Of a stretch of DNA of 64,000 nucleotides, positions 1-9,925 are shown one piece after another (the stretch's first letter is position 1; the number at the start of each line of letters is the position of its first letter). Under the pieces are notes generated by a model that had not been told where the DNA came from, searched no databases, and saw only the letters and a list, made by a program, of their open reading frames with translations. The position numbers and the translations under genes are program-made. The stretch is from an uncultured Gammaproteobacteria bacterium. Its GTDB lineage: Bacteria; Patescibacteriota; Patescibacteriia; SBBC01; CAIJZX01. The stretch lies in assembly GCA_964397195.1 (NCBI GenBank), contig CAYNGY010000005.1:685-64684 (forward strand), read 5' to 3'.

Positions 1-1377
<1,377 letters not shown>

Positions 1378-1745
1378 AGGGAGTACTCAGCTGCCGTTTT
1401 GACGGCACAGAGTCACAGTATTGTCGGTGTACGTACATACTGTACGATCGATGTCCTTCGGGATATCGAACAAGACCTAGATGGTCGCGTTCAATCCAAT
1501 GCCTCATGATCTCCGGAACTTGTTTCCGGACGTATCGTGAACAGGATCGAACTAGGCATCGTGAAACGATGCATACAACAGTTGCCGAGACTGTCTTCTC
1601 GGCAAAAACCCGCGGCCTTCTGATCACATTTTGACGGTTCTCTCTCGCACGGCGCACGACGCGCCTGTTTTGTGTATTTACGTAGTCTCGGAATACGGCA
1701 AAAACCATTTTTGCTCTGCGCTGAACGTGGTATCCTTCCAAGTAT

Positions 1746-1946
1746 ATGGGAATCACGATTGCACTCTACGGACTAGCCGCATTTTGTTTTATCCATATTA
1801 TTCGGGACATCCTCCAAATTAACGGCGTGAAGAATTGGTTTACGGAGTTTGGCCATTTTTGGCACGCACCACAATACGAAAAACACGGCATGGCGATTCT
1901 CTTCATCATCGGCGCGACCTGTCTGTGGGTGGCGATTGGGCGATAA
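1746..1946 (+). CDS. small hydrophobic (2-TM) hypothetical protein, 66 aa
   Basis: ORF with two hydrophobic stretches (IALYGLAAFCFIHII / AILFIIGATCLWVAI). No recognisable family; lies in the region between the 16S and tRNA-Ile. Confidence 0.3.
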   Translation: MGITIALYGLAAFCFIHIIRDILQINGVKNWFTEFGHFWHAPQYEKHGMAILFIIGATCLWVAIGR

Positions 1947-1979
1947 AAACCCGCGCCGGCTCTACTGAGCGGGCGCGGT
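1941..1979 (-). terminator. intrinsic terminator (stem CCGCGCC.../...GGCGCGG, then GUUUUUAUCG on the minus strand)
   Basis: GC-rich imperfect hairpin at 1951-1979 spanning the stop of the minus-strand ORF, followed on the minus strand by T5. Sits between the convergent ORFs 1746-1946 and 1962-2483. Confidence 0.4.
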
Positions 1980-2483
1980 CATGACGCGAGGGCGATCGGG
2001 TGGTTCGGGGCGCGTGCGAGCCCAGATCCAGAGCGTGGCTGGCCAGTTGAGGATGCGTCGCATCCACGACTCGACGCTGTTGAGCTCCAGCCGAATCGGA
2101 ATGATCATAGCGTTCGGGAAGTATCGCGAGAAGACGATCCGCACGCGATCTTGGGTCGTCCAATTGCAGGCGACAACGACGGTTTGGTACCGATCACCGA
2201 GACGCGCGTCGAACTCCCGGACCGTGGCCACAAATGAGTCGCGTGGAATGACCACGTGGGCGACGAGGTCCTCGCCACCGAAAAGCTGGCGGGTATTGAT
2301 GATGAGCGAACCGATGGCGGCGATGCGATCGTAACGACCGGCGTCAGCCATGAACCACACCGGCACGCTATCGTACGTCAGCAGGTGATCACCGACCGCA
2401 ATCCGAAGAAAATGGAAACGGTTTTGCCGCTGCACAACCACCGGATCGGCGATCACGACAATATGGGTAAGGTGCTTGGGCAT
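1962..2483 (-). CDS. hypothetical protein, 173 aa (no family recognised)
   Basis: Long ORF on the minus strand; the overlapping plus-strand ORF 1981-2334 translates to low-complexity junk. Followed on its own strand by a hairpin plus U-run (1941-1979). Confidence 0.45.
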   Translation of the reverse strand: MPKHLTHIVVIADPVVVQRQNRFHFLRIAVGDHLLTYDSVPVWFMADAGRYDRIAAIGSLIINTRQLFGGEDLVAHVVIPRDSFVATVREFDARLGDRYQTVVVACNWTTQDRVRIVFSRYFPNAMIIPIRLELNSVESWMRRILNWPATLWIWARTRPEPPDRPRVMTAPAQ

Positions 2484-2610
2484 GGGCCCCTCCTTTTCAG
2501 ATGAGAGCCACTCTCATGTAGAGGCTACGTCGGGGACGAGCAACCGTCAAGGCAACTTTGTCTTTATCGCCCCCGAAGAGTACAATACCCCTATAGAAGG
2601 AGAAAACCCT

Positions 2611-3246
2611 ATGAACAAAGCGTATATCGGCCTTATCCTCGCCATCAGCCTCGTCGCCTTTGGCGCCGGGTGCGGAAAGAAGGCGATTGAGAATGTTAAT
2701 GACGAATCCATTGTGAATCAAGGGTTTGATTTGAATGACGCCCTAGATTTAAACGTGTCTGAGGTTGAGAATACGAATGTCGATGTGAATGAAAACACCA
2801 ATTCGGACCTGGCAACAAATACGAATGAATCGGTGGCAACGAATGAGAACACCAACGCAGTGACTAACTCGTCCGTCAGCAATAAGAACACGAACACGGC
2901 GACAGCTACCGGTACCATTGCCATCACCTCCCCGGCCAGCGACGATGAGCTGGTATCACCATTCTATGTTGAAGGCACGGCCTCGAGCGGTAGTCTCGTC
3001 TATGTACGGCTCAAAGCGAGCGGCGTGACCATCTTTACCGAAAAAGTGTCGGTCAAAAACGGGGCTTTTAAAGGAAAACTCCTTTTCGACTTCTCACGTA
3101 CAACAAATGGCACCATCGACGTCTTCCAAAAGAACGCCGACGAAGAGGAAGTGAATCTCACCAGTGTTGATGTGCGGTTCAAGTTGTCGAGTACGAACAC
3201 GAATGCTGCAGCCAACAGCAACACGAATACGAACACCAACCTCTAA
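2611..3246 (+). CDS. secreted/lipoprotein with Asn/Thr-rich low-complexity linker and C-terminal Ig-like (Gmad2-like) domain
   Basis: ATG at 2611 preceded by GAAGGAG 8 nt upstream. N-terminus MNKAYIGLILAISLVAFGAGCGKK has a signal peptide plus Cys lipobox-like motif. Repetitive NENTN/TNTN segment, then IAITSPASDDELVSPFYVEGTASS... beta-rich domain. The track ORF 2476-3246 carries a spurious N-terminal extension. Confidence 0.6.
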   Translation: MNKAYIGLILAISLVAFGAGCGKKAIENVNDESIVNQGFDLNDALDLNVSEVENTNVDVNENTNSDLATNTNESVATNENTNAVTNSSVSNKNTNTATATGTIAITSPASDDELVSPFYVEGTASSGSLVYVRLKASGVTIFTEKVSVKNGAFKGKLLFDFSRTTNGTIDVFQKNADEEEVNLTSVDVRFKLSSTNTNAAANSNTNTNTNL

Positions 3247-3288
3247 CACCCACCCGAAAACACCCTGTGCCCAGCGTACGGGGTGTTT

Positions 3289-4581
3289 TTATTCTGATCG
3301 CGCTGTCCGAATGTCGACCCGTGAAAACCCCGACCAGTTATTGTCGACGAATCCGTCGTACTGTCCAGCCGACCAGACAACTCGGCCCGTTGGATCGTTT
3401 TGAACATATTGCGGACGGAAATTGTCTCGACCGGAGTTTCGCGTGATTTGCTGACGTCGTTTCCAGCCCTGATTGTTTTTTGACCAGATCTCAATCTCCT
3501 TGGTTGAACGCTGCGCGCTGAGCACGACTCGCTGGATATCGCGCGGGTCGATGACAATGCCGCCGGCATAAAAATGGGTGGCGCCGTACAATAGTGTTGT
3601 GTCGATGATGTGCTCGGCACGCCAAGCACCATCCTGGACACTGGCGTATCCGTACCACGTGCGACCGGCCTCCGATTGAACATACGTCATCGCTGGCACG
3701 CCGTCAGAAGAGATAACAACGTCCCAGATATAGAGCGCTTCATCATTGGTAACAATAGCCTCCGCATTCTCCGCCCGTGCCGGGAGTACTTGCAAAGACC
3801 GGTTCGACTGATGCCAGCTGGTGCCGCCGTCATCGCTCGACATATAGTACAACCCTTTCGGACGACCCCCGTTTGGTCGAGTACTCCACGCCAAGTCTAG
3901 ACGATTTTCTTTTTGGCTCACCAGCGCATAAACCCCGAATGATGCGCCAAAAGAGATGAGCGTGGTCGGCGCGCCCCACGACCGTCCGGCATCCGCGGAC
4001 GTCGTCATGATTTCTGCGCTTTGGCGCCAGTTTCCACGTCGAAGAAAGAGTGCGATGTCGCCCGAGGGCAGGCGTTTTGCTTGCGGATAATCATATTCTG
4101 CATCGGTACCGGTAAAGATCGGCGTCCACGGGGTCCATGAGTTCATATCTTCCGGCGTGCCCATGCGCTGGACACCAATCGCATCGTGAACATCGTGGAT
4201 GGCGGTAAAAACAAGCAACGTACCATCGGGGAGCATGAGCACTGACGGCCCATTATGATCATCAATCGCGTCTTCCCCGAACGTCTTTTTCGCATCAAAA
4301 ATATTTACCGGCGGTAACCAGGCATTTTGACCGTGGTCGAATGCGCGGAGTACTACCTGACCGTCATGCGAGATCCACGTTACGTACGTCCGATCGTATT
4401 GGCCCTTAAAACGAACTGCGGCTGGCTTCTGGAACCACTCAAAAATACCTTGCGATCCAATTCGATCACCATTCTCCCGCTGCCAGGCGTTCGCCGTCAC
4501 TAAAACGCCAATGGCGAGAACGAGGAGAACGGGGATGCGCCAACGCCAAAAAAACATGTCTACAGGATAGCACGCTTTCAC
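3289..4581 (-). CDS. BNR/Asp-box repeat (sialidase-like beta-propeller) exported protein
   Basis: Asp-box motifs S-x-D-x-G-x-T/S-W are present (TSADAGRSWG, SSDDGGTSWH). N-terminal hydrophobic segment RIPVLLVLAIGVLVTANA. Paralog of the next gene, sharing the block FEWFQKPAAVR. Confidence 0.65.
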   Translation of the reverse strand: MKACYPVDMFFWRWRIPVLLVLAIGVLVTANAWQRENGDRIGSQGIFEWFQKPAAVRFKGQYDRTYVTWISHDGQVVLRAFDHGQNAWLPPVNIFDAKKTFGEDAIDDHNGPSVLMLPDGTLLVFTAIHDVHDAIGVQRMGTPEDMNSWTPWTPIFTGTDAEYDYPQAKRLPSGDIALFLRRGNWRQSAEIMTTSADAGRSWGAPTTLISFGASFGVYALVSQKENRLDLAWSTRPNGGRPKGLYYMSSDDGGTSWHQSNRSLQVLPARAENAEAIVTNDEALYIWDVVISSDGVPAMTYVQSEAGRTWYGYASVQDGAWRAEHIIDTTLLYGATHFYAGGIVIDPRDIQRVVLSAQRSTKEIEIWSKNNQGWKRRQQITRNSGRDNFRPQYVQNDPTGRVVWSAGQYDGFVDNNWSGFSRVDIRTARSE

Positions 4582-4590
4582 TGTCTCAGC

Positions 4591-5853
4591 TTATTTTAGG
4601 GTCGTGGTGCGAATGGTCATCCGCGTATACCCGGTCCAATTTCCATTTACTAACCCGTCATATACACCGGCCGACCAGATGATGCGTCCGGATGGATCGT
4701 TTTGAACGAATTGTGGTCGGACATTAATGCGACCGGATTTATTTGTGACAACGCGTTCATGCCGCCATCCCCAACGAGACCTCGTATAGGTTGAAAGTTC
4801 GAGACGCGGCGAGACGCGGCTAACGAGGACGCGGTCTGGGTTGCGCGGATCAAAAACGATGCCGCCCGCATAATAGTGCGTTCGTCCATAAAAAAGTCCG
4901 GCGCCAGTGACCGTTTCACTCCGCCAGTGACCACCGATGTACCGGCTCACCACATAGCGCGTTTTCTTGCCGTCGCCAGTAACGAATGCTACCCGCGGAC
5001 TACCAGCAACTGCGCCCGTCACATCCCACACATACGTTGGATCCGGGCTGGAATAGACGACTTCGCTGGCGGCTCGTGTGATTGGGAGCGCGTATCTCTG
5101 TCCGCTCATTTTTTGCCACGTCACACCGCCGTCAAGACTTCGGGCAAAATAGATATTCGTGGGGCGACCATTCCCGGCACGTCGACTCCACGCCAGGTCG
5201 AACCGACTCCCGTGGGCATCGATGACCGCGTAGATGCCGATGTCCTGTCCAAAGCGAATCAGCGTCGTTGGTGTCGACCAGGAATGTCCGCCGTCCGTCG
5301 ATCGAAGGATGGCTTCGGTGGCACCAGCCCAGCTGCCACGGCGGACAAACAAGACGATGGTGCCGTCGGAGAGTAATTTCGCCTGAGGGTAATTGAACGA
5401 GGCGGCCGGTTCGACGCTTGAGATACGGATGCGGTCTGACCACGCGGAGACATCTCCGGGCGCCGTCATAACCTTGGCGAAGAGATTGTTGGGAATATCG
5501 TGGACGGCGTAAAAAATCATGATTCGACCGTCGGCGAGGGCCAGTAGGGACGGGGCGTTATGATCATCCCGACCTTCTATACCGAAAGAACTCGCCAGAT
5601 CATCAATGGTGACCACGCCGCCCCAGGCGCCTCGCGCGTTATCTCGAGCACGGAGCTGAATTTGGCCAGCGGCGTTTATCCAGCTGACGTAGGTCATATC
5701 AGTGGGGCGAGTGACACGAACTGCGGCTGGTTTCTGGAACCACTCAAAAACTCCATTTGCGGCGAGGAGATTACCGGCCGCCGTTTTAGCCTGCGCACCA
5801 AACGGGACAAGAAACAATGCCCCGACGACCAGAAAAACGATGGACTTCCTCAT
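4591..5853 (-). CDS. BNR/Asp-box repeat exported protein (paralog of 3289-4581)
   Basis: Asp-box motifs STDGGHSWSTP and SLDGGVTWQ. Signal peptide MRKSIVFLVVGALFLVPFGAQA. True start is the ATG at ~5853; the track's longer ORF (to 6189) reads through the tRNA-Ile region (GIEPGTSSLSV... is antisense tRNA). Confidence 0.65.
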   Translation of the reverse strand: MRKSIVFLVVGALFLVPFGAQAKTAAGNLLAANGVFEWFQKPAAVRVTRPTDMTYVSWINAAGQIQLRARDNARGAWGGVVTIDDLASSFGIEGRDDHNAPSLLALADGRIMIFYAVHDIPNNLFAKVMTAPGDVSAWSDRIRISSVEPAASFNYPQAKLLSDGTIVLFVRRGSWAGATEAILRSTDGGHSWSTPTTLIRFGQDIGIYAVIDAHGSRFDLAWSRRAGNGRPTNIYFARSLDGGVTWQKMSGQRYALPITRAASEVVYSSPDPTYVWDVTGAVAGSPRVAFVTGDGKKTRYVVSRYIGGHWRSETVTGAGLFYGRTHYYAGGIVFDPRNPDRVLVSRVSPRLELSTYTRSRWGWRHERVVTNKSGRINVRPQFVQNDPSGRIIWSAGVYDGLVNGNWTGYTRMTIRTTTLK

Positions 5854-5927
5854 AGCGGATAGTATAGCAGAGTCTCTTGGGCCTTGCTTTCTCCGCCGGA
5901 ATTTGGTAGCGTGGATGAGCTCAAATT

Positions 5928-5947
5928 GGGCGTGTAGCTCAGATGGG
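5928..5947 (+). repeat. 20-nt direct repeat copying the 5' end of tRNA-Ile (GGGCGTGTAGCTCAGATGG)
   Basis: Identical 19-20 nt to 6052-6071, but the following sequence has no D/anticodon/T arms, so it is a partial duplicate, not a tRNA. Confidence 0.6.
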
Positions 5948-6051
5948 CCGAGTCCACAAGCGACACCAACTGCTTGGTGCCGCGCGGGACGAGGCGGGCG
6001 ACCCGATGTTCCGCGAGGAACCGGGGCGCCCCGGAACTTCACATATGATAC

Positions 6052-6128
6052 GGGCGTGTAGCTCAGATGGTTAGAGCGCGTCACTGATAATGACGAGGTC
6101 CCTGGTTCGATTCCAGGCACGCCCACCA
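6052..6128 (+). tRNA. tRNA-Ile (anticodon GAT)
   Basis: Cloverleaf readable: GGGCGTGTAGCTCAGATGGTTAGAGCGCGTCACTGATAATGACGAGGTCCCTGGTTCGATTCCAGGCACGCCCACCA. Anticodon loop CTGATAA gives GAU; T-loop GGTTCGATTCC; encoded CCA. Confidence 0.85.
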
Positions 6129-6148
6129 AGAAATCAATCGTTGAAGCT

Positions 6149-6631
6149 ATGTCCACGACTGCGGTGCGGATCAGAGCGGCGGCAATCATGCCGCATCAGG
6201 ACAACATATTACTCATGCACCGCCTCAACCGTGGCCAAGAGTATTTTGTTTTTCCAGGCGGTGGGGTTGAGGAGAACGAGACCATTGAACACGCGGTTCT
6301 ACGTGAAGTATTGGAGGAAACTACAATTAACGCGGAGATCGAGAAGCTCATCTATCACCATGTTTACGACAATGGGTCCGAGCAGTATTACTACCTATGC
6401 CGGTATGTTCGGGGTACTCCTAAGCTCGGGGAGGCAAATGAATCTGCGTCGATGGCTCGAGGTGATGATCAATTTTTCGAGCCGGCGTGGTACCCGATTT
6501 CTTCAATATCACACATGCTTCTTTATCCGCTCGAAATCCGTGACTGGCTCATCGCCGACCTAGCACGTGGATTCCCGGCCACTCCAAGAAGTGCCTCATA
6601 TCGGATTGCCGACTTGCGGCAGTCACTATAA
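6149..6631 (+). CDS. NUDIX hydrolase
   Basis: Nudix box GGGVEENETIEHAVLREVLEETT (GX5EX7REUXEEXGU). Confidence 0.8.
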   Translation: MSTTAVRIRAAAIMPHQDNILLMHRLNRGQEYFVFPGGGVEENETIEHAVLREVLEETTINAEIEKLIYHHVYDNGSEQYYYLCRYVRGTPKLGEANESASMARGDDQFFEPAWYPISSISHMLLYPLEIRDWLIADLARGFPATPRSASYRIADLRQSL

Positions 6632-6636
6632 AGCTT

Positions 6637-7092
6637 ATGGACACCCTCGCGCACGGACTTTGGGCTATCGCCCTCGGAAAAACTGGGCGGACGCGTACCC
6701 CGTGGTGGGCACTCGCTATTGTAGGGGCGGGGCCGGATTTGGTGTGGCTACCGTTCACGTTTGTGAACCTGGTTAGCTCGGGAAAAATCTATTTCTTTCA
6801 GGGACCATATAATATTTCTCATAGCCTTGTCATTTGGGCGGCGCTCACGCTCATTGCCACATTGAAGTGGCGGCGGGCGATTTTTTGGACATGGCCGTGG
6901 GCACTGCATATCGTGATTGATGTCCCGGGACATTTGGATATGTTCACACCAATCCTCTGGCCCATTTCACACTGGAATATTCCCGGACGTTTTGATTGGC
7001 TGTCGCCACAATATTTTATCGGAACATATCTTGCGCTGCTGATAATTTTTCTTGTCTTGTTTTTTTTGCGTCGGAAATCGTTCCGTTCTTAG
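6637..7092 (+). CDS. membrane-bound metal-dependent hydrolase-like protein (DUF457/YdjM-like)
   Basis: N-terminus MDTLAHGLWAIALG with multiple TM segments and conserved His residues, the pattern typical of DUF457. No search run. Confidence 0.45.
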   Translation: MDTLAHGLWAIALGKTGRTRTPWWALAIVGAGPDLVWLPFTFVNLVSSGKIYFFQGPYNISHSLVIWAALTLIATLKWRRAIFWTWPWALHIVIDVPGHLDMFTPILWPISHWNIPGRFDWLSPQYFIGTYLALLIIFLVLFFLRRKSFRS

Positions 7093-7184
7093 ACAAAAAG
7101 TGTTATACTAGATGGACTGTGGATAATCTCCATAAACCGAGCGCGGCGAAAATACGCGCGAGAAAATGAAAGGAGGTGGCCATC

Positions 7185-7271
7185 ATGGCAAAGAAAAAGA
7201 AAGCAACAAAGAAAGTTAAGAAGGTTGCGAAGAAAAAGAAGACCGTAAAGCGCGCGAAGAAGCGCCGCTAA
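7185..7271 (+). CDS. 28-aa poly-lysine micro-protein MAKKKKATKKVKKVAKKKKTVKRAKKRR
   Basis: Below the 60-aa track threshold. Near-consensus SD AAAGGAGG 8 nt upstream of the ATG; extended -10 TGTTATACT at 7101-7109; strong hairpin plus T-run immediately downstream. Confidence 0.5.
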   Translation: MAKKKKATKKVKKVAKKKKTVKRAKKRR

Positions 7272-7286
7272 CCTTACGAAACGACA

Positions 7287-7319
7287 ACTAACCTACATCG
7301 TAGGTTAGTTTGTTTTTTG
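7287..7319 (+). terminator. rho-independent terminator (AACTAACCTAC-ATCG-GTAGGTTAGTT then TTGTTTTTTG)
   Basis: Perfect 11-bp stem, 4-nt loop, T-run. Overlaps the 3' end of the minus-strand gene 7305-8549. Confidence 0.75.
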
Positions 7320-8549
7320 TGTACTTCCGCGCCCGACGAACGGTAGCATGAGAATCGCCGTCGTTAAGAGGACTAGGTCGTTCTTCAGTATCGGTGTATC
7401 AACGAACCCGTGGACGATAATTGTCACCAGAGCGGCTAGGCTCATCAAGCTAGGGACGCGGTGTACTGGAATGCGCAGGAGGCGCCAGAGCATCACCAGT
7501 GCGTATCCAAGACCGACGAGCAGGGTCAGCACGGCTACGGCGCCACCCTCGAGCCAGACCGCTAACCAAAGCTGATGCGGCTGGGACACGAGCCATTCGA
7601 GTGGTGGGAAGTAGTGTTTCGGAATTTCCTGACGGTAGGCGACCTCAAATTGATTTGGGCCGATTCCGACCAACGGGTGTTGACGAACGAGCGCCCATGA
7701 CGTGACCCAGATTTGTTCGCGCACTTTTCCCGAGGAGCGTCCGGCGTCAAAATGCTGACCAAAGTTTTTTGTTGTACTGAGGGCAACGACACCGACGATG
7801 GCACCGATCACGCCAGCCCACAGGAGTGTTTTTTTCCAGCGTGATGCCGGTAATGCATACCAGATCGTGACCGCCCCGGCGGCGGCGGCAATGTATCCGC
7901 CATACGAAACCGTCGCGAGTAGTGCCACCGCCATCACCCCGGCAAACCACCACCAACTCAATCGCATCCGCCGTTGCGTTAATGCCGCCACGGTAAAGAC
8001 GAGGATGGGGGCAATATACATAGCGGCATAGTTCGCCACCGGGACATAGAATGAACTAAGGCGGCCGTCGTGCGCCGTCGAACGAAGAAAGACCATTTGA
8101 TACAGCCCTGCGGCGGCGACTATTGTCCCGCTGAGCGTAATACTCTGAATCCATGCGGCTCGCTCCGAATCGGTACGGACGATGGTGGCGACAAGGCCCG
8201 CGTAGAGCAGGCCGTCAAACCACCAGGCCTTAAGCGCACCGGCGCCCGCCCGAATATCAGGCGAGACAACTGTGGCCACAATCCATGCGATGCTCCAGAG
8301 ACTCACGAGAATCCAGGTAGCGCGTGTCCACTCTAGGCGCGCCCAGGCAATGCGTCGCATGAGCAGGGCGACCAAAACTCCAAGTGCCGTCGCGTAGAGT
8401 GCAAGCTCGAGAAATGTGGTGGGAATGCCGCCGATCGTCCAACGCCAGAGATATGAAGGAAAGAGAAGTGAGAGTGCGCCGAGCGCAAAGATTGGACGCC
8501 ACCACGCTAGGAGGCCGAGTAGTGCGAGCGGGATGATAAGAAGAATCAT
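7305..8549 (-). CDS. O-antigen ligase / Wzy_C-domain polytopic membrane protein (WaaL/PglL-like)
   Basis: About 10 TM helices, a large periplasmic loop, SYGGY-type segment. Start chosen at MILLIIPLAL (ATGA overlap with the upstream gene); the track ORF has a ~50-aa Arg/Cys-rich N-terminal extension that is unlikely to be real. Confidence 0.6.
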   Translation of the reverse strand: MILLIIPLALLGLLAWWRPIFALGALSLLFPSYLWRWTIGGIPTTFLELALYATALGVLVALLMRRIAWARLEWTRATWILVSLWSIAWIVATVVSPDIRAGAGALKAWWFDGLLYAGLVATIVRTDSERAAWIQSITLSGTIVAAAGLYQMVFLRSTAHDGRLSSFYVPVANYAAMYIAPILVFTVAALTQRRMRLSWWWFAGVMAVALLATVSYGGYIAAAAGAVTIWYALPASRWKKTLLWAGVIGAIVGVVALSTTKNFGQHFDAGRSSGKVREQIWVTSWALVRQHPLVGIGPNQFEVAYRQEIPKHYFPPLEWLVSQPHQLWLAVWLEGGAVAVLTLLVGLGYALVMLWRLLRIPVHRVPSLMSLAALVTIIVHGFVDTPILKNDLVLLTTAILMLPFVGRGSTQKTN

Positions 8550-9925
8550 GATGCCTCCTCCGCACGAACGGCCACCCCGATACCGACGACAATCCACATC
8601 CACTGCATGATGTGTGGGTACAATAATCCGTTTACAAACTGGCTGTGAATGAAGAGGGCGGCAATGGCCGCGGCGGCGCCAAGACCAACCGCCCGCCAAT
8701 CGCGCGAGACGCTCTTATTCATAGCCGTACGAATCATTTCCCAAAACATCGCCCCAATGAGCCAGAGATAGGCGATCAAGCCGCCGAGACCGGTGGTTGC
8801 GGTGATGAGTAAAAGACTCGAGTCGGATCCGGTCGCGGAGTGTGCCTTATCGTCTTCGAGAAATCCAGCCAAGTCTTGGGCCTCACGATACAAATTATAG
8901 CCAACACCGGTGACGGGGTGATCGGCGATAATGGTGAACGCATTTTTCCATGATACAATACGAAGCTGGGCGGTTTCATCGATTGAACGAATCCCGAGAA
9001 CGCGTTCTTGGACCCGTGGTACAAAGAGGAAAACGGCCACGAGCGCTAGCGCCCCGACGTAGAGCACCCATCGAGCCCGCAGTGCAGTCACAAACGCAAA
9101 GGCGATGGCGAACGCGACATAGCCGCTCCGAGAGTAGGTGAGAACCACCGCGAGGGACATGATCATTGTCGCCGCCCACCACCAAAATCCGCGTCGTCCG
9201 CGATCGATAGCTACGCTGAGCGTGATCCCGATCGTGGCGGCTAAGTACCCGGCGAGGAAGTTCGGATCAAACCATGTTGAGAGTAGCCGACCAATGTGTG
9301 GGTCCCATCCTTTGGGCGCCATAAACGAGAAGTCCGGAAAGAGCTGAAGCTGGATGAACCCCAAAATACTAATGCCCACACCAGCCCACACCAGCCCGAG
9401 TAGAATCGCCCAGGCCGTCGTCCGGCGAGTGGCGAGGTGGAGCGTAATGAACAAGAGAGCGGCATATTCGAGCCATCGGACATAGTACAGCGCACCAGAA
9501 AAAAGATCCTCCGCAACGTAGGCGCTCCGGTTAGCAAAAAGGGATATGGCCATGCACAGCGCGACAGCGGCCATCGGGAGCCACAACGACATTCGTGGCA
9601 GAATAATCGAACGTGAGCCGAGCCGACGCAGGAGCCAAACCATAATTAAGATGGGGAGCAGGATATCGTTCGGTAAGAGCGCCTGCGAACCGCCTGCGAT
9701 TGGAATTCGGACAAGCTGCCCGAGGACCGTACTGCCAATAACGGCCCAGAAGAGCAGTTCTGGCTTGATCATGATGACAACAACTAGTCCGAAGGCGACG
9801 ATGGCGCCGACGCCCCATAGCCCAAAAAAACCGATGATGCCGCCGATCGCTAGCGCCCCAGCGCCCGCGGCGACCCAATATCGCCAGGTAACGGCATCTT
9901 TGATGCGTGGCAAATGATTGATCAT
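8546..9925 (-). CDS. O-antigen ligase / Wzy_C-domain membrane protein (second paralog)
   Basis: Polytopic, with the characteristic LTYSRSGYVAFAIA motif. ATGA overlap with the flippase stop at 9922-9925. Confidence 0.65.
   Translation of the reverse strand: MINHLPRIKDAVTWRYWVAAGAGALAIGGIIGFFGLWGVGAIVAFGLVVVIMIKPELLFWAVIGSTVLGQLVRIPIAGGSQALLPNDILLPILIMVWLLRRLGSRSIILPRMSLWLPMAAVALCMAISLFANRSAYVAEDLFSGALYYVRWLEYAALLFITLHLATRRTTAWAILLGLVWAGVGISILGFIQLQLFPDFSFMAPKGWDPHIGRLLSTWFDPNFLAGYLAATIGITLSVAIDRGRRGFWWWAATMIMSLAVVLTYSRSGYVAFAIAFAFVTALRARWVLYVGALALVAVFLFVPRVQERVLGIRSIDETAQLRIVSWKNAFTIIADHPVTGVGYNLYREAQDLAGFLEDDKAHSATGSDSSLLLITATTGLGGLIAYLWLIGAMFWEMIRTAMNKSVSRDWRAVGLGAAAAIAALFIHSQFVNGLLYPHIMQWMWIVVGIGVAVRAEEAS

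Noticed and set aside
2700-3246. Asn/Thr repeat DNA (acgaacacgaat...) as a tandem-repeat element
   Set aside because: The repeat is imperfect and in-frame within a signal-peptide-bearing ORF. It is best explained as low-complexity protein sequence, not a non-coding satellite.
5928-6051. Upstream copy of GGGCGTGTAGCTCAGATGG as a second tRNA or an intron-containing tRNA
   Set aside because: The downstream sequence has no anticodon or T-arm; only the 6052-6128 copy folds into a cloverleaf. Kept as a repeat or scar, not a gene.
5854-6189. N-terminal 112 aa of track ORF 4591-6189(-) (GVPGIEPGTSSLSVTRSNHLSYTPV...)
   Set aside because: This stretch is the antisense translation of tRNA-Ile and the duplicated tRNA fragment. 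A signal-peptide-bearing start (MRKSIVFLVVG) exists at ~5853 and matches the paralog.
7118-7126. Perfect DnaA box TGTGGATAA as evidence of an origin here
   Set aside because: It is a single isolated 9-mer far from dnaA. Noted in the micro-ORF finding but not called as oriC.
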